DNA of 64,000 nucleotides from Melioribacteraceae bacterium (GTDB lineage Bacteria; Bacteroidota; Ignavibacteria; Ignavibacteriales; Melioribacteraceae): NCBI GenBank assembly GCA_022181065.1, contig BQMY01000080.1, positions 22,849 to 86,848 of the forward strand, read 5' to 3'. Shown piece by piece: positions 62,861 to 64,000 of this stretch (position 1 is its first letter; each line of letters starts with the position of its first letter). The notes under the pieces were generated by a model. It saw only the letters and a program-made list of their open reading frames with translations, ran no database searches and was not told where the DNA came from. The position numbers and the translations under genes were made by a program.

Positions 62861-64000
62861 TTATTCTTCTTTTTTTGCTTTGAGTGAATCCCAGATCATG
62901 TAAGCGCAAACACCGCAGAACATTACTAGTCCGAGTATCTCAGCAGCATGTGATTCAAACCATTCAGCATTTACGAAGTTAATATCGAAATATCTCAAGA
63001 TCGCGGAAATAACACCCATCAACGCGCCACCAGCGATAAAACCTGAGGCGATAAGCGTACCGCGTTCTTTTCTTGCTTTATTCAATGCTGGATCACCGCT
63101 TCTGGTAGAGACGTAATGAGCAATCAAACCACCTGCAAGAATCGGGGTATTCAGTTCGAGCGGAATGTACATACCAAGCGCGAAAGCGAGAGCAGGTACA
63201 TTTATCATATTAAGGATAAGCGCGAAAATAGCTCCTGCAACGTACATCATCCATGGAGCGGGCTGGTTACTCATCAATGGTTGAATTACCGCAGCCATCG
63301 CGTTTGCCTGTGGAGCGACAAGAGCGCCTTCGCCGACAAAACCGTAAGTTTCATTAAGAATAAGTATAACCCATGCAACTGTAGCGGCTGAAACAACCGT
63401 ACCGAGGAATTTCCACTTTTCCTGTTTGTATGGTGATGAACCGAGCCAGTACCCAATTTTTAAGTCGGTTATGAACGCACCCGCCACAGATAACGCTGTA
63501 CAAACAACACCACCAATAATAAGTGCGGAAACCATCCCCGCCGGACCTGATAATCCTGCCCATACTAGCACGAGTGATGAAAGGATAAGAGTCATCAACG
63601 TCATACCGGAAACCGGGTTTGTACCAACAATAGCAATCGCGTTTGCCGCTACTGTGGTGAAAAGGAATGATATTATCAACACTATCAACAATCCTACGAT
63701 AGCATGTGTGAAATTATCTACAACACCAAACATGAAGAAAAGGAAGATTAGTATTGAAACGACAACAATTCCACCAGCGATAATTGACATGGAAAGGTCA
63801 CGCTGGGTTCTGATTTTTTTCGCGTCGCCATCTTTTTTACCGAATATTTCAGAAAAACCGAGAGACAGCGCTGATTTAATTATTCCTGAAGATTTGATTA
63901 TACCAATCAAACCCGCCATCGCGATACCGCCAATACCAATATGGCGAACGTAATTCCCGAATATTTGTTCGGCTGACATGTTGCGTATAAGAACGTCAAC
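62861..64000 (-). CDS. OPT-family oligopeptide transporter, C-terminal part (gene continues beyond right edge)
   Basis: Polytopic membrane protein with IGIGGIAMAGLIGIIKS and GTNPVSGMTLMTL motifs. The frame stays open upstream of the track's Met at 63979 to position 64000. Confidence 0.8.
   Translation of the reverse strand, partial: VDVLIRNMSAEQIFGNYVRHIGIGGIAMAGLIGIIKSSGIIKSALSLGFSEIFGKKDGDAKKIRTQRDLSMSIIAGGIVVVSILIFLFFMFGVVDNFTHAIVGLLIVLIISFLFTTVAANAIAIVGTNPVSGMTLMTLILSSLVLVWAGLSGPAGMVSALIIGGVVCTALSVAGAFITDLKIGYWLGSSPYKQEKWKFLGTVVSAATVAWVILILNETYGFVGEGALVAPQANAMAAVIQPLMSNQPAPWMMYVAGAIFALILNMINVPALAFALGMYIPLELNTPILAGGLIAHYVSTRSGDPALNKARKERGTLIASGFIAGGALMGVISAILRYFDINFVNAEWFESHAAEILGLVMFCGVCAYMIWDSLKAKKEE

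Noticed and set aside
1-64000. Search by eye for tRNA/rRNA genes, IS elements, integrases, phage genes, cas genes, reverse transcriptases and known multi-gene defence systems
   Set aside because: None were recognised. Intergenic regions are either short, AT-rich promoter-like DNA, or the REP-like clusters described above. The only defence-like item is the TA pair.

Overview
This 64-kb chromosomal window comes from a low-GC bacterium that uses Shine-Dalgarno sites. It is probably a member of the FCB group (Ignavibacteria/Bacteroidota-like). That placement is an inference from four secreted proteins ending in a type-A T9SS sorting domain ('..QNYPNPFNPST..'). I support about 50 protein-coding genes. 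I saw no rRNA, tRNA, CRISPR array, transposase, integrase or prophage genes.

Layout:
- 1-5360: polysaccharide genes (partial glycosyltransferase, Wzx-like flippase), recD2 and a PIG-L deacetylase.
- 5404-7100: a small accessory patch holding a DUF433/DUF5615 (VapBC45-type) toxin-antitoxin pair and a GC-rich array of REP-like hairpins.
- 7107-15966, minus strand: a long, tightly coupled operon of DUF1624 protein, ruvB, kdsA, kdsC, unknown, kdsD, lptC, lptA-like, lptB and a GT9 heptosyltransferase.
- 16369-26442: DUF2723 membrane glycosyltransferase-like protein, Y_Y_Y sensor kinase, manA and a deoxyhypusine-synthase-like gene.
- 26665-33127: an accessory-looking block of orphan secreted proteins and lipoproteins. 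It includes a 6 x 49-aa repeat protein fused to a long helical domain.
- 33168-52910: T9SS cargo genes (FG-GAP/heparinase II/III-like lyase, DUF1566 protein, CotH-LTD protein, GH13 amylase) and an outer-membrane barrel. These are interrupted by a ferredoxin, GGR-like reductase, PAS kinase and sigma-54 regulator operon, and by cspA.
- 53207-59666: apbE, a HAD hydrolase, a chemoreceptor gene relic, a U32 peptidase-family gene, a second GH13 and a glycosyltransferase.
- 59961-62707: two tandem paralogous orphan genes, followed by a partial OPT transporter.

The candidates most worth follow-up are the repeat-plus-helical secreted protein (28862-30850), the tandem orphan paralogs (59961-62707), the unknown gene inside the Kdo/Lpt operon (11821-12540), the ferredoxin-GGR-TCS operon (37306-41572) and the REP-like hairpin families (6600-7090, 47473-47858, 53049-53073). 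All functional calls rest on motif recognition by eye. No database search was run.
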